A DNA stretch of 63,512 nt, filler included, from Choristocarpus tenellus KU-1152 (GCA_964200185.2; 13 parts of 13 records of this genome joined end to end with filler, not necessarily neighbours in it), one strand, 5' to 3'; positions 47,801 to 61,700 are shown, counted from the first letter of the whole stretch. Made by a program: numbers and translations. The notes: generated by a model not told the origin, from the letters alone.

Positions 47801-50800
47801 ACTAAGTCTCACTTTTATATTAGTAGTTTCATCTACTGCACCTTTTTGTCTACTGGAAAATGTATGATCTTTTCATCTTGGGCTGCCTCTTTCCACAACA
47901 GGCAGATGTCGGATACAACACTCAAACTACAGCAATAACATAAACACAGTTAAATAATGAATAAAAAATATGTTTTAACAAAAACAATAGCGGTACTAAT
48001 ATAAGTAGTTGCAAAAATTACACCAAAAATAATAAAGTCATAATAATTGTAACACACTTACTCTAAATATCTAAGTGGACCATTCTGCTTCTGGGTGATA
48101 AGATCTTTTGCACAAAATGTATCCAGCAATACTAACTCACACATGAAGGACAATGAAGATTTTTGTATAGCTGCTTGTCCTACTTCTCCCAACACCTCTA
48201 CAATATTTTTCGATAAACAAGGTATCCACCATTTCTCAGTCAATGGATATATTTGAATGTGTATTATTAATACTATTAGTACTATTATCACCTCTATAAA
48301 CAGGTCTAGTTGAATCCATGACACCATCATCACCTTGGGGGTAGGCTCACCCTAAACAGGCTAGCCATAGTCACACCCAAAGCAGATTCAATCTATGAAG
48401 CAAATAGTACACATTGATGATGACACACACACAATCATCATCATCAAGCTTACCGCACTTCTCTATAAATGATCAATCAACCCAATCAATGCTTGTTCTG
48501 CTTCTACAACAGGCCATGCACATGACACCTGATGCCAAGATCTGCCTTCACCACCCCATCAGAAATGTTGTCGCTATGTGTAGTGTATTCATCAAACACT
48601 GTATAGTGACACGCCCTCTGATAGGCGCAAAAACCCAACATCACCCACTCTTCCATCACCTCGTTTATTCCTACTCTGTATCACCACATAAACCACAATT
48701 GTGCACACAAAAGTTCAAAAACATCAATAATCCCTCCCCCCCAGGTCAGCAAGAGACAATACACCACTAAACAATACCATGTAAAAGTGGTTCTCTAACA
48801 AACTTTATAGACAAAAATTTCAAAAGGTAATCAAAACCCACCCAGCCCAGCAAGAGACAACACACTGTTCTAAACAATACCATGTTAAAATCAGTTTAAG
48901 AAAAAATTAACACAATAACACAAAAATTATACAAGTACAATCCAGATCGGTCAGATGCCCTACCCACACACTACTAAACAGTACCACGTTAAAGGTCTTA
49001 TCTCCAATAAACAAGAACGTACAATATCAGGTGTGTTGATTTCCCAGACACCAAAAGCCACAATATGGTTCATCTAATCCCTCATCTCCAGCACAATTTT
49101 CACATCAACAATGAGCCTCAGACCTTGGCTAATGGTCATGGGCACCTCCTTTTTGAAATCTCAATACAACCACCAGTCCACTTTCCCTGGCCACCTCATT
49201 ACTGCCTTATCAGCGAGGCCACTTGCTACCAACCCATTTTGTCCCCTATCAAGTGCCCCACCACCAAGGAAAAGATCCTTCAACATCTCAATCACTGGTT
49301 TACCATATTTTTCACCACATTCACATCTCAATGCAACCACCCTTGATCAGCAGTGGCCACCCAAAAATATCTACGACTTACACGGGTCAGTCCATCACAT
49401 TACATCAATTTACAAAACAGAAGCAATGACAATCACTCATACAATCGACTGCTCATCACTGAGGGGGAGGTGCCCCAAGAAATGGATCAACCAGGAGAAG
49501 CAATAGCTGGAGCAGACCCAGGGGTGAACCAAAACCTCTCACACTCAACAGCAGCTGCAGGGGGCAGGCCATTGGAAGATGAAGCCAACTACCAAAAGTG
49601 ATGTCACCAAAACCAAAGCCCTTCAATGGCTTATGTGCCAATATTGAATGCTCCTCCACTCGCACCACTCATGGGCATAGCAGCACCAAAGCTGAACCCA
49701 CCTTGGGAGATGGAGGTCGGCACAGATGAGGGAGCACCACCATTACCATCAGTAGTCCCAGCAGCATCACCTGGCTCAGTTGTTTCATACATCAAGCACT
49801 TTGTGTTCACCAGTCCACTCTTGATATAGCATGCATCACGCCTCCATTCCCCAGGTGTGTGAAACTTTGACATGCCAAAGCCCATAGCCCTCTCAAACTC
49901 ACCAGCAGAGGATTCAGGGTACCAACTGGGCATTGCAATAGGAGGAGAGGGTTCAGCAACTGCTTTGCCTTCAGGATCAACCTTTCCACCAACCCCAGTG
50001 GTAGTATGGGAGAGATGATTACCAGCAGTCTTCATGCTTTTAGGCACATTGATGTCATCCCCACCATCGGAGCCACAAAATGCAGTCTTTCTCTTTAGCC
50101 CCCTTGCCACACTTGCACCCTCCAGAGGTGAAGTGGTAAGAGGGGAAAATGGGGACTATGCCCAGAGGAGGGGAAGAGGGGAGGAGGGGGGAGGGATTAG
50201 GAATTTGTAGTGGAACAGAATAGCACACAAAGCACATATTCCACAACATAGATTGGTTACAACAACTTCATTTAAAATATAACACTGGAGGCACAAAACA
50301 CAAAGATCACAGTATACAAGCAAGACAAATACACAACAATTATGTTTAAAAGAATATACTGTCAATAAAACTTCAATACCCCCTTACCTTTCTCAACAAT
50401 AGGATTAAGAGCAATAGTAGTGCAACAGATTGCACCTTCATCATCAGCAGAGCAAGATAGACCAATATCAAGCACGTCACCAACGAATTTTCCAAAATAC
50501 ATTCAAACCCGGCAGGACAAGCTTCTCATCTCATCCACCCTCCCACATCATCAACCCCCTAAAAATTGGAACTCACTCTTACCGTGGGATCCCCAAGAGC
50601 AACGATTCCACCAGCACGGAAGTATGGCTGCTGCGCCATTTGTCCTGTTGGTTGCCCCTCAGCATGTACTGATGGACAAGTCTGCCATGTGCCCCCATGG
50701 GTGCCCCAGTTGACCCAATTGTACACCTGTGGCCNNNNNNNNNNNNNNNNNNNNNNNNNNNNNNNNNNNNNNNNNNNNTTAATTAATTAANNNNNNNNNN

Positions 50801-50834
50801 NNNNNNNNNNNNNNNNNNNNNNNNNNNNNNNNNN

Positions 50835-50866
<32 letters not shown>

Positions 50867-52228
50867 AGGGGGGAGAAATCGCATTCTTATGTTATTTCTT
50901 CTTGATGTGCCATACTGAGAAGAGCCTTCAAGACCGCAAGGAACCGAGGTTTTAACATCGATTATCATGCTGTCACAGGCAACCCCCCCAAAGACGCTCC
51001 ACAACAAGGAGAAAACACCAACAAAGTATCACATGCACAATGCCTCAGCTGAAGAGTCAGTCAAGCGTAGGACTTTCACAAAACCCCCCCAAAAAAAAGA
51101 ACAGCAAAAGAACAAAAAAAAAAATCACTAGTTTAAACAGTAAAAAAAAAATTATGCAGGTCTGGTGCTTGCATCAAAAAAAATATCTTATTTCTCAGTT
51201 GAACTCCAAGATTGGACATGCACTCCGGAGGGACAGCATGGACCAAAAAAATTCTAAGCTTTTGAGCAACTAGAATACGGGAGCAGCACTAAGCACTGTG
51301 GCATTTTACTCTGCCCGGTACCCTTCTCTCTGTTTGCGGCGGGTTTAGGGTCAGCAGGGTTTTGTAGGATGGAGGAAGGGAAGGCATGGAAATGTCTCAC
51401 CACCTGTGATGAGGATGTCTCCGAACGACGCCTGGAACCAGGGGAAAGCAATAGCCACAGCGGTGTCCATCCCCCAAGGAGAGACACAAGGGACATCCAG
51501 TAGAGGAGGGGAGGAGTCACCACCGACACGGGGGGCAGAATGGATTGTTCGTGCACGGTCGCAAAAGAGACACACCATCAGTGTTTTGTTTGGGCTTGTT
51601 ACTACATGCCAATCAAAAGAGAATGAATATATATATATATATATATATATCACGTGTTTTCTTGAGCGCATAAAACTTCCAAGCACAAGTCGAGGAGTGG
51701 GTTCAACGTGGAGACATTGCAAAGCGCATTTGTGACCGCACTCTAGAAGCCTACGAAAGTTTGTATGGATGGCGCTGGTCTTCACAAGCAAGCAAGCAAG
51801 TGGTAAACAAGGTGAGCTGGATTGTGCCTGCTGATTGAAAACGGTCTATGTGACCACTTCAAAACTATTCGTGAAAATTATATCAGCATCCCCTAGCTGG
51901 GAGCACTGCTGATCTTAGGCTCTCAAAAATAGCCCTCAAACATAGTCGGGTTGCAGTAACTACACTCTGTGCATCACACTAACACAGAACAGGGTAGGGT
52001 ATGGTATGAGAACACTAGCATTGATGCGTACGTCGTTCTGTCCTGTGGAGTAATGGACATCATTACTTAATCGTTAGTTTCCAACAGTACTCCCTTGTAC
52101 CTCACAACATAAGTCAGCGGTCGTACCACAGATCAAAAATAGCGACGCACACATTGGCAGTTACACAATCATGCAGTCAACAGGGAAAACGCTGCTCAGA
52201 TCTTCCATAAAGGAGAACCAAGGCTTAC

Positions 52229-52880
52229 CTGCGGGGACCAAACATGGTGGAACCGGTCTTGGTCATAGATGCCTTGGTGCTGCTGAGTGATAGGTCCACT
52301 CCATTATCAGGGCCATCGTTGGCAAAAGAGTCCCCGTCACGACTCCCCTTGTCTTTTACCTTGTCCCTGATCCAGTCAGTAAACGTTGAAGGTAAGGAGA
52401 GGAAAGGTGTGGAGACTTCGGACAATATCTAGAAATCATTACCCTCTGCATCTCAGAACTTTCTCGAGTGCACTTACAAAGACACTTCGAGTCAGCATAT
52501 CTGTCCAGTCAGAGCGAAGCTCCTAGCCTCCTATCGGAATTTAGTTTCATCCACATACCTTGAGCTGCTTGGATACAACACTATTAACCTCAATCCAGAT
52601 AATCGGTCATTTCTTCAACACATCAAAGACCACAACGACAGGCAAACGAGGAAAACCCAAAGCCTAATACGGCAATGAAGCAGTACCCGTACAGCATATT
52701 GAGCACATTCAAAGATAAAAATATGTCTTCTTCAATTGCTGGCTTCATCCACCTGTCTTGGTATTTGCCAAGGAACTGTCCCCAGGCCACTTTGTCAATG
52801 CGTTTGGACCTGCGCTTCACCAATATGGTTTGCGCTCGAACTTTCCGGGGAAATTGAGCGATGAAGAGGTTGGCAGGCAT
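52229..52880 (-). CDS. First two candidate exons of an unknown gene
   Basis: 52880-52753 (MPANLFIAQFPRKVRAQ...WGQFLGKYQD, phase 2) joins 52366-52229 (RDKVKDKGSR...MFGPR, CTGAC branch site, GTAAGC donor). Confidence 0.5.
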
Positions 52881-53399
52881 GACTCCTCCCCCCCCTCCTC
52901 CTTCAATCCCTCCTCTACCTCCTCCAAGCTCACCAAGTGAGAGAGGAGATCAGCCCCTAATTGGCAGGCGCAGTGTACATGGTCTTCCAACAGAGGTATG
53001 CAAAAAGAAAGGACCTACTAATAACCTTGCGACCGTCGCGCGACCTCGCGCAGTAAAGTTGCACTCTTTTTCATTTTCGAAAAATTGATGAGGAAGTTCC
53101 TTCTTTTTTTTCTCCAAAGACTCTATCTTATAACTCAAGTTTTTGATAAAATCTGCACTAAAATTCACCCACCAGGTATATTCCATGACATTCTCTCAAT
53201 TCAGAAAATTCTCAACTTACCAACTGAAATATGGATAGTCTGATCCTTAGAAAAATATCAAGGCTAACCTGCGCATTGTATGGTACATATAGTCGTTAAA
53301 AAACCATCTTCAATACATTACTTTTTACCAACTGAATTTCATTTCGTGGTCGATAACATTCTACCTGCTACTGGAACGACCCCAGAGGACCAATAGACA

Positions 53400-54330
53400 T
53401 AAGGAGACCCAAAGTGATCATATCAGATCCCGTCAGGAACGGTCTCGAGTACCTTGGCAACAACAGAGGTGTCTACAAGGGGGCGACAATTCTCCACGCA
53501 TAGCAAGAGGTCAGGGGATGGACCAGACTTCAGGGTACTGGTTCCAAAGCAACCCAATCAGAACCCGTATGAGCTAAGGTGAGGTGTTTTGGACGCTAAG
53601 GAGAGAGTAGCAATGAACATAGGTTCTGAGGAACAACATTACTTTAATGCGAGCAAACGGATATTCTGCATGTCCTGGTAGGATGCGCCCCAACGATATC
53701 CGATAGGCCATTACGAAAGATTTCGGACTTGAGGAGGTGGTAGAGCGCTTTGCCAAGCCATGGGAGCTTGCCTACACCTCCACAGACTCATTACCTCCTA
53801 AGTTTTGGAAATTCCACACAACCTCCAGACTGTCTGGAATTGGAGAGAAGTGCCGCCCAGTCGCCTGTGACTCTTTCTTCTGGAGGGATTATGCTTCAGC
53901 CTTCTGTACAATCTGGCGCCCATATCTTGAGGAACGTTTTGGAGGTATGGGGCAGTTTGGAGTAGAGATCCCAAATGGGGTTGAGCGTGCCCTAAGGAAC
54001 ACTTGTTCAAGGAGGGAACGCGGCGAATTGGGTCATACCCTAGATGACAAAAACACTTTCAACAGCTTGCGCCCCTTGACTTTCTTCTAGACCCTCCTCG
54101 AGGTCCTAGAGGATTTTCGCCGAGGTATACTATCTATAGATGTCAACGTCTCTTGAACAGTGTAACTCGACACTACTGATATTACTCAATGGGTGTGTAA
54201 TTCGCATTTCCTATAAAACGTCTTCCTGTATGATATCCAGGCCCTCTTCATGGTCGCATGTTGAAACAGCTTCGCGCAGGAAAGGATCATCCCCACGAAC
54301 TACTGATGGGTTACATGATTAACATACACC
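53400..54330 (+). mobile_element. Degenerate CRE/SLACS-like (RLE-group) non-LTR reverse transcriptase
   Basis: SRLSGIGEKCRPVACDSFFWR...GQFGVEIPNGVE...LDDKNTFNSL matches the early RT motifs of CRE-type elements (RP.A.G..LRR, QFGVG..GG.E, D..NAFNS). Contains stops and frameshifts. Confidence 0.8.
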
Positions 54331-55680
54331 TTTTCTTAATTACACAAAGTGCTTCTGTCTTAGCCATCCACTTCCTGACGTACGCCCAAAGACTGACTCA
54401 TCATCATAACGTTATGTACATTACTAATATGCATTGTACCAAAGAGAGATAAACGTACATGAAACTGTCATACTCATTACATATGGATAGGAGTGATAAT
54501 TAAAGGGATAATGCCAAATGCTGTATTATAGGAGTGATTAGCTCAAACAGAGGGGCATACAACCATAAAGCACCATGGTCAACAGAGCCAATTCCTATCC
54601 ATCCATCCCCACATAAAAAAACAAATATGGGTTTACCAACTAATAACTCGTGTATACTACTGGTTATCTCCCATCCAGTTAGGAGAGTCTATTTGAACAA
54701 TTATATACATGTAACACCACACACAACGTAAACATAACACTAGTAATGCGACATCACATGCAATACCGAACCCGTCAAAACGTCCGTACCCGTCAGCAGT
54801 AAGCTTTCTCGGACTAGGGATGAACCAAGCCTTGGCAAGGCTCACGGTACAAGGTTAAATCTTCTCTGTGGCATTTTGATGGTCGGAATCATCTAAACTC
54901 TCAAATAGATACCACGATGTGAGGAGGAAGTGACCCTGCTTGCGCATAGGGACAGTACCTCCCCAAACGGGCAATAGAGGCAGGAAAGGAGGGAGCTGCT
55001 CGGAAAGAGGGGTGAGGTCCGGTAGGGGGAGAAGGACTGCAATTCGAGCTGGGGAGTCCGAGGATATTGCCATAGCAGTACATGAGAGTAGCTGCAACAC
55101 ACAAGAGAAGCTAGTCTGGACAAAGAAGAAAAGGAGGTGCCAGAGTAGAAGGGAAAGGCACATTAAAGAGGGAGCTGACTAAATACTAAGAGCAGAATCA
55201 AGATTCGAAGTATCTTAGAGGGTAGTGTTACAGGCGAATAGAGCGAGTATTTCTTCTTATATTTCAACGAAGTGCAAACGTTTGTTACACGCGAATANNN
55301 NNNNNNNNNNNNNNNNNNNNNNNNNNNNNNNNNNNNNNNNNTTAATTAATTAANNNNNNNNNNNNNNNNNNNNNNNNNNNNNNNNNNNNNNNNNNNNCGA
55401 TTGTGCAGTGGAGAGGTGATGTGCCCCTCTCCCCCCCACCTCCGTTCTCTCCATTGGCTTCCCTCCCACCCCCTTCATGCATCTCCCTTCTTGATCCTGT
55501 GTGTTTTTTGAATTCCACCTTGTGGTCTGTCCCAGTAGTCAGTCACCTCACATGCAATCAAATAATCAAATCAATAATCAAATCAAGAGGAAGGTTCAAC
55601 ACCTTAATAAGGTGTAAAAAGGATTGCAGTTAGTTGGTGGTGCGATATGATGGTATATCAGTATATCAATGATGATATAT

Positions 55681-55840
55681 TATTATTATTATTGTTGTGC
55701 CCTCTGACATTTTGCAGATGTGTCAAGGGGAAAAACCACTGATAACCATTCAAATGTCAGAACAACCCCTAAAAGATTAACAATTGTCGTGGATGTGAAA
55801 GATATTTTTCTATCATCTATTTACTATTTCACTATACTTT
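55681..55840 (-). repeat. Dispersed repeat family E, second copy
   Basis: Matches 12812 onward and is flanked by ~30-bp imperfect direct repeats GATGGTATATCRGTATATCAATGRTGRTATAT. Confidence 0.55.
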
Positions 55841-56117
55841 TGATGGTATATCGGTATATCAATGGTGGTATATCAGTATAACAATAATGATCATTTGGAT
55901 GTACCTCATACTGTCCTACTGACCCTCTGAGCCCCCCCATGTTTAGTTGGCTGCAATCTCTGATTTCTAGGGCTAGGAAAATCAGCAATCTGCTGAATTT
56001 TGGAGCCCTCTTTGCATCCATGGTTTCCTTGTAGCTCTCCTCTCTACCCTCTGACCTGGTGTCCCTTCCCCCCAATCTCCCCTCCCCCACTCCCTTCAAC
56101 CCCCCTAAAATCTGTAG

Positions 56118-56378
56118 GATGTTAGTCGTCAGTTGACAGTACACGCTTGCTTCTTTTGCCTTGATGAGTTCCGCATGGCCAATGGGGGGCGCTTCCCCAC
56201 CCCAGGGAGCAAGGGCGATGCGGCTATGTTTGTGGAACTGGTCAAGAGGTCGCCATTCTTCTCTTTGTGGAGAGATGGGGGTGGGGGTGGGGGAGGGGGA
56301 GGGGGAGGTGGTGAAACGCCTGGTGATGCTGCTGTGGCATTAGAGAGCCAAATCTCAGAAGGAAGCGATGAAGTTGAG
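56118..56378 (+). CDS. UBA1: Ubiquitin-activating enzyme E1 exon
   Basis: TAG...GT bounded 87 codons DVSRQLTVHACFFCLDEFRMANGGRFPTPGSKGDAAMFVELVK... resembling the E1 four-helix-bundle region, followed by a poly-Gly linker. Confidence 0.7.
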
Positions 56379-56945
56379 GTGTGCTGTGGGGGGAGGGGGA
56401 TGAAGGTTGTGGTAAGGGGTGATCTGGTTTGGAGGGAGTTTGGGGGGGGTTGGGGGCGGGGTGGTGTAGGGAGGTAGGGGGGAGATGCAGTTTATGCCTA
56501 GGCTTTAGGTGTGGTTGTGATGTTAGGGTTAGGGTTGGACCGTTGTGCTGATAGTGCTTGTGTTCTGCGAATGCTGGTATGAAGGAGTGGGGGTGGAGAG
56601 GTTTGTGAGGTCACATTTCTTGTCTACTTTCTCTTTCATGGTTTGTGTGACTATCACATTACCCAATCATTGCTAGTTTTTATGATGATGTCATCATGTG
56701 GATGTACCAGGTTGGGGAACATTGGTTGTATTGCTGTGGGCTCCACTTAAGACCATTTCTTGAGAAGCTGCTCTGGAGGGAACATTTTCTGTAGGGACCA
56801 GTATGGTCAGGTTTTGTCTCTGTTACCTGTACCCCCCCCCCCCCTTCACTCGCCCTCCTTTTCCTGTGGATGTTGAATGAGGGTACATACTCTTTCCTGT
56901 CACTGACCCAATTGATACCTATGCTCATGTTGGTAACCTTTACAG

Positions 56946-57082
56946 GTTCAGGAGGCGAAGGGGAAGGAGGGGCCCCAGGTGGACTTGGATGTGGCGAAGG
57001 CGTTTGCGAGGACCTGTGCAGGTAGTCTGAGCCCCATCGCGTCTTTTTATGGAGGCATTGTTGCGCAGGAGGTCCTTAAGGG
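56946..57082 (+). CDS. UBA1: Ubiquitin-activating enzyme E1 exon
   Basis: CAG...GTGAGT bounded VQEAKGKEGPQVDLDVAKAFARTCAGSLSPIASFYGGIVAQEVLK, the E1 P.AA..GG..AQEV.K motif. Exact paralog identity is uncertain. Confidence 0.85.
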
Positions 57083-57172
57083 GTGAGTTAGTTAGTTAGT
57101 GAGTGGGTGGGTGAGTGGGTGAGTGGGTGAGTGAGTGAGTGAGTGAGTGAGTTAGTGGGTTAGTGAGTTAGT
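57083..57172. repeat. (GAGT/GGGT/TAGT)n microsatellite starting at the splice donor
   Basis: Read directly from the sequence. Confidence 0.9.
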
Positions 57173-57805
57173 ACATAGGGTTGGTGGTTTATGGTGCAAC
57201 CAACTGCTGTTGTCCTACTGTACTTGCACTATGATGGAGGTATTCATGTACATGCAGACGGAATTGCTTATTGCAATTATGGCTATATTGTGGAGTGTGG
57301 ACTCTTCCTAGTGCATATTGATGTCCTTGTCCTTGTCCTTGTTTGTATGCTCTTGGAGGTTGATGGGTGTGTACCTCTCTGCTTTTTTGTTTTTGGTGGG
57401 CTCCTCTTGTTTTATTTTTTGTATATGTTGGAGGCGTTTTTGTTTGACTTCCTTTTGGATAGTACAAGGTGTGTCTGTGCTGTGTCATCCCCTTTCTATC
57501 TTTTCTCTAGTTAGTGCTTGGTATTTTAGGTCACGCTTGGCTTCACTGTCTTTGTTTTGTTTATAGTTTAGAAAAATGTTCTTCTCTATTGATACTGTAA
57601 GTCCTGTACATCCCCCCCTTTTTTTTTATCTTGTCTTGTCCATAATCTTCCCCCCCACCTACCCCCCCAAGTTGAATGCATTCTCTTGAAGTGTCAAATA
57701 TAGTCGTTGTTTGACACTTCCTGTATGTATGCTGTATGCTGTATGCTGCACTGAACCAAGCTGAATGCATTCTCTTGTCGAGGTTGTTTGCTTCATTACT
57801 ACGAC

Positions 57806-57847
<42 letters not shown>

Positions 57848-57852
57848 CATCA
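57806..57852. repeat. (TTA)n microsatellite
   Basis: Read directly from the sequence. Confidence 0.9.
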
Positions 57853-58716
57853 TATAGTCTGAGGGATCCCATATCCGTGGTGGAAAAATTGTTCCAAAGA
57901 AGGCAATACATACCACACTACTGCTCACAAAGAAAGGAGTAAAGGACCATTAAAATAAAAGTATGGAATTAAAATGAAAAGAAAAGAAAAGAAAAGAAAT
58001 ACAACCAGTGACTTGTAGTGTGCCCCACTGCATCCCACCAAGAAGTTAAAGAGGGTACATGACCATGGAGTGTTTTTTTGGCCCCCACCCATCTGACCCA
58101 CCCCTGTGACTGTTGATCAGGTGCTCGCATATGTTTGTGCCTGCTAGTCAATTCATGTACTACGATTGTGTGGAGGCGTTGCCACATCCCTTGCCATCCA
58201 GGTGGGTAGGTTGTTAGTTCTGCATCCTCTATGCATCTCCTTTGTTTCCCTCCTCTTTGTTTTTTTCGGAGGTGTACAGTCAAGCCCTGCATTTGTAACC
58301 TATCTAGCTTAGTCACATCTTAGTCACATCTTAGTCACATCTCCCCCCCCCCCGGCCCCCGGCCCCCCTTTTTGCCGAGAGGTGGAGGNNNNNNNNNNNN
58401 NNNNNNNNNNNNNNNNNNNNNNNNNNNNNNNNTTAATTAATTAANNNNNNNNNNNNNNNNNNNNNNNNNNNNNNNNNNNNNNNNNNNNTTCCCCACAACA
58501 CCCTCCTCCGCTCTTCCCCTAATTATAACCCTCTATCTTACATATATGCCCCCCCCCCCCACGACGAACTCTATCACAACCTAAATCCTCTTTCCCAATT
58601 TTTTTTTAATCTTTTATCACAAAGTTATTACACACCAGTATCACCATGTTACTCCCCCCACTTACACTGATCCTCTCCCCCACCAAATTGTTTGGTCTTG
58701 CTTGTATTGTCAATAG

Positions 58717-61700
58717 GCCCAGAGACTGGTTTCTACAAAGGGCGAGATTGGAGGAGGCCCTAGAGAGGATTGGCTGGCTGCTATCAAGGAGATAAGTCAG
58801 GTTTGTTAGTGCTTCTTTGTAGGCAGACTGCTACTACTGAGTAGACTAAAAATAATTTCTCTAACAGGGTGACAAGAGGTGACGGTTTCATGGTGGTTTC
58901 AGGCAGTGATGGTGTTTATGGAGGTGATGGTGAATCTTGGCCAGGTGCAAACACTCCACTGAATATACAAGCAAGATATGTATTTTAGGACCACAGGTCA
59001 TTTTTCAGATTGTGAGTGAACTGTAACCTGTAGGACAACTCTCTTGTGCTCTTGGAACGAAATAGGCCCACAAGATGTCCAGAGGAAGAAAAGCCATAAT
59101 CCAACCAAGGAAGGCACCAGCACCGGGTTACCGGCAGAGGAAACAGACTGCATCTGATGACAGTGCATACTTGCCCAGTGCATACTTGCCCAGTGCATAC
59201 TTGCCCCGTGCACAGACTTTGACACCCTCCTCCACTGGGGATCGTTCTCAGGAACAAAGTTGGTCAGAGCGCCCTCCCCTATTAACCCCTAGATCAGGAG
59301 GAGGGACTGAAGGCAGCAAGTCCCTCCAAGGAGACATGGATGCCAAGAACGACAATGACAGCAAAGGAGAAGACATTACTTCATTGGCGCGCCCTATTGG
59401 TCGACTGCAGCATGTGCTTCGGCATCGACGGTGGAAGCGAGTTGTGAGTGGTATTGGTGTGCACGGGGGGCAGGGGAAAGGGGAGAAGCAGGCCAAGGGG
59501 TTTGGGCAGGGGAAGGAAGCTGTGCATAGCAGAGGGGATTATTCTGGTGACGGAGTTCTCAACAAACCAGGTTCAAGAATGTGGGAGGGGGGCACAGAGG
59601 AGAGCTGGTGGGATGGGGAAGCTGAGGAAATCCGTGCGTCAAACAGAAGTGTGGGCTTTGGCAAGGGTTGGGGTTTAAACTGGGATTGGCGAGGGAGGGG
59701 GGAAGTTTTGGGGCGCTTTGCTGGGAAGGTTCAAGCTTTGGTGAGAGAGGGCTCTGAGAGTGGACTCAAAACATACAAAGTGGACAGGGACCGGCTGCAA
59801 CTGTGGGTAAGGGTGGTTGTATGCAGCATTGACCCCTTTCCATGTCCCTGCCCTTACCCTGTCCTTTAGCCTCAGGCTAGTATTTTTTCCTGTTGAATGA
59901 AGTCCCATCATCCATCCCCATCCTTTGGATGCATGGAGAGATGATGTTATATACCTGTTTGAATACAGGCAAATTATTTAGTATTTCTAGTAGTATCTCT
60001 GTACCTTATTTCTCCTATGGCATACTATTTGTGCTATTTTTAGGGAATTTTTTCCTGTCAAAGGCGGAATAAATGGGGGTTATGAGCATTTGACGTGTTA
60101 TTACTAGGGTGTCTATATAGCACAGTTATATCTCTGCAATTAGTCTACTGCTAAGTAAAACATTTTGCCAACCATGGGCTTGAGCTGGAAATCAAGGCTG
60201 GGGCACTATTGCACAATGCCAGCACATCGGAATATCCTACAACACTTATTTTTCTGCAAGTGCTTCAAAGTGTTTTTTATAACTTTGCCACTTTGGGAGT
60301 GTTGACAGACTGGCAATGTGAGTGATCCCATCCTTGGGAGGCCCAAACCCAATTTGGAAGGGTGTCAAATATTCAGATGCCACTGTCTGAACCACAACTC
60401 CAAACCTGGTGGAACTGTGGTATCACAATATTTGACATTGGGTTGAACTTTTTCACACTTCAGGAAAGGGGCCTGGTGCAATAGAAACATTTCAAGGACA
60501 TTGTGCATATTGTCTGTACCCCTTCTGAGCAGGGAGGAAAGTTATGCAGGTGTGGTTTCTGTACTCACAAGCAATGGGATATTCTATTTGTTGATTTGGG
60601 AGGGGGTGGAGGACAGGCCGATCTTATCCCATGTGCTACAAGCACAATTACAGTCCTTTAAATCACCACTTAAGCCCACAATCCGATCTCCTTTTTATCC
60701 GTGACTCTCCCTCTTTTTTTGCATTTTCCACAACTACCTCTCCCTTGTTATCATCTCTCCTCATGCCCCTACCCCCAACTTTCTGTGTATTTTACTACCC
60801 AAATAGTATGTCATATAGTATTTTTTACACACTCCTGCTCCACCCATCATCACTACCATCTGCGATCATCCCTGTCCTCTGGTTGCTGGTGCCTCATCCC
60901 ACTTTTGAACTTACCAACCCCCATATGGTGGTCGTGGTCTTTCCCCATCTTCTCGGTCCATGGTCTGGTCCAAACTCTTGACTCTGGACTTGTGTCTGGA
61001 TTTTCAATATCTTATGCAGGCTGCAGTCAATGTCCTTCGTTGCCGGGCCCTTTCTAGGGCAACGGGCTCACAGGTCAATTCCCTTCTAGTCCTGTCCAAC
61101 CCGCAGCTTCCACAACAATCGAATATCCTGCATAACTTCTTGAGTGTCTCAGGAGGTGAAGGGGGTTGGATTTGGTGGCCGAAAAGGGTAGGTGCTGGGA
61201 AGGTGACCAAGGACTGGGGTACTTGTGAGCAAGGGGGGTGGGGAGGTAGGTTCGGATGGGGTGGAGGACGGAGTTGGACAGCAGGTGGGGGTATATGGAG
61301 GGAGAGAGTTAAAGGTTCAGAAAGGGGTGGGGATTTGTGCACAGCTACTGCTCTTGGAACAGGAAGGCGTCTGCAAGGCATGTCTGACAGAACATGGCTG
61401 GTATCACTGGTGTTGTTCATGGCTCATACTGAAGAGTATCAGGTGTGATATCAGGCTTTGATGTAGGGATCATCATGTGCACAGAGACAAATGCAGGCAG
61501 TTTTTTGCTGGCTGTCTCGTATGCTCTTGATTGCTGTAGACAAAGGTCACCCAAGTCCTGCTGTAGTTCAGTTGGGTTTGGTATGTTAGCTTAGATTGAA
61601 CAAATAACTTTCAACTTGGGATTGCTTCTTCAAAGGGATCAATATAGTAGTGTGTAGCTGTGACTGATATGCCTTTAACCAGATCATTTAGTGGGTTCAA

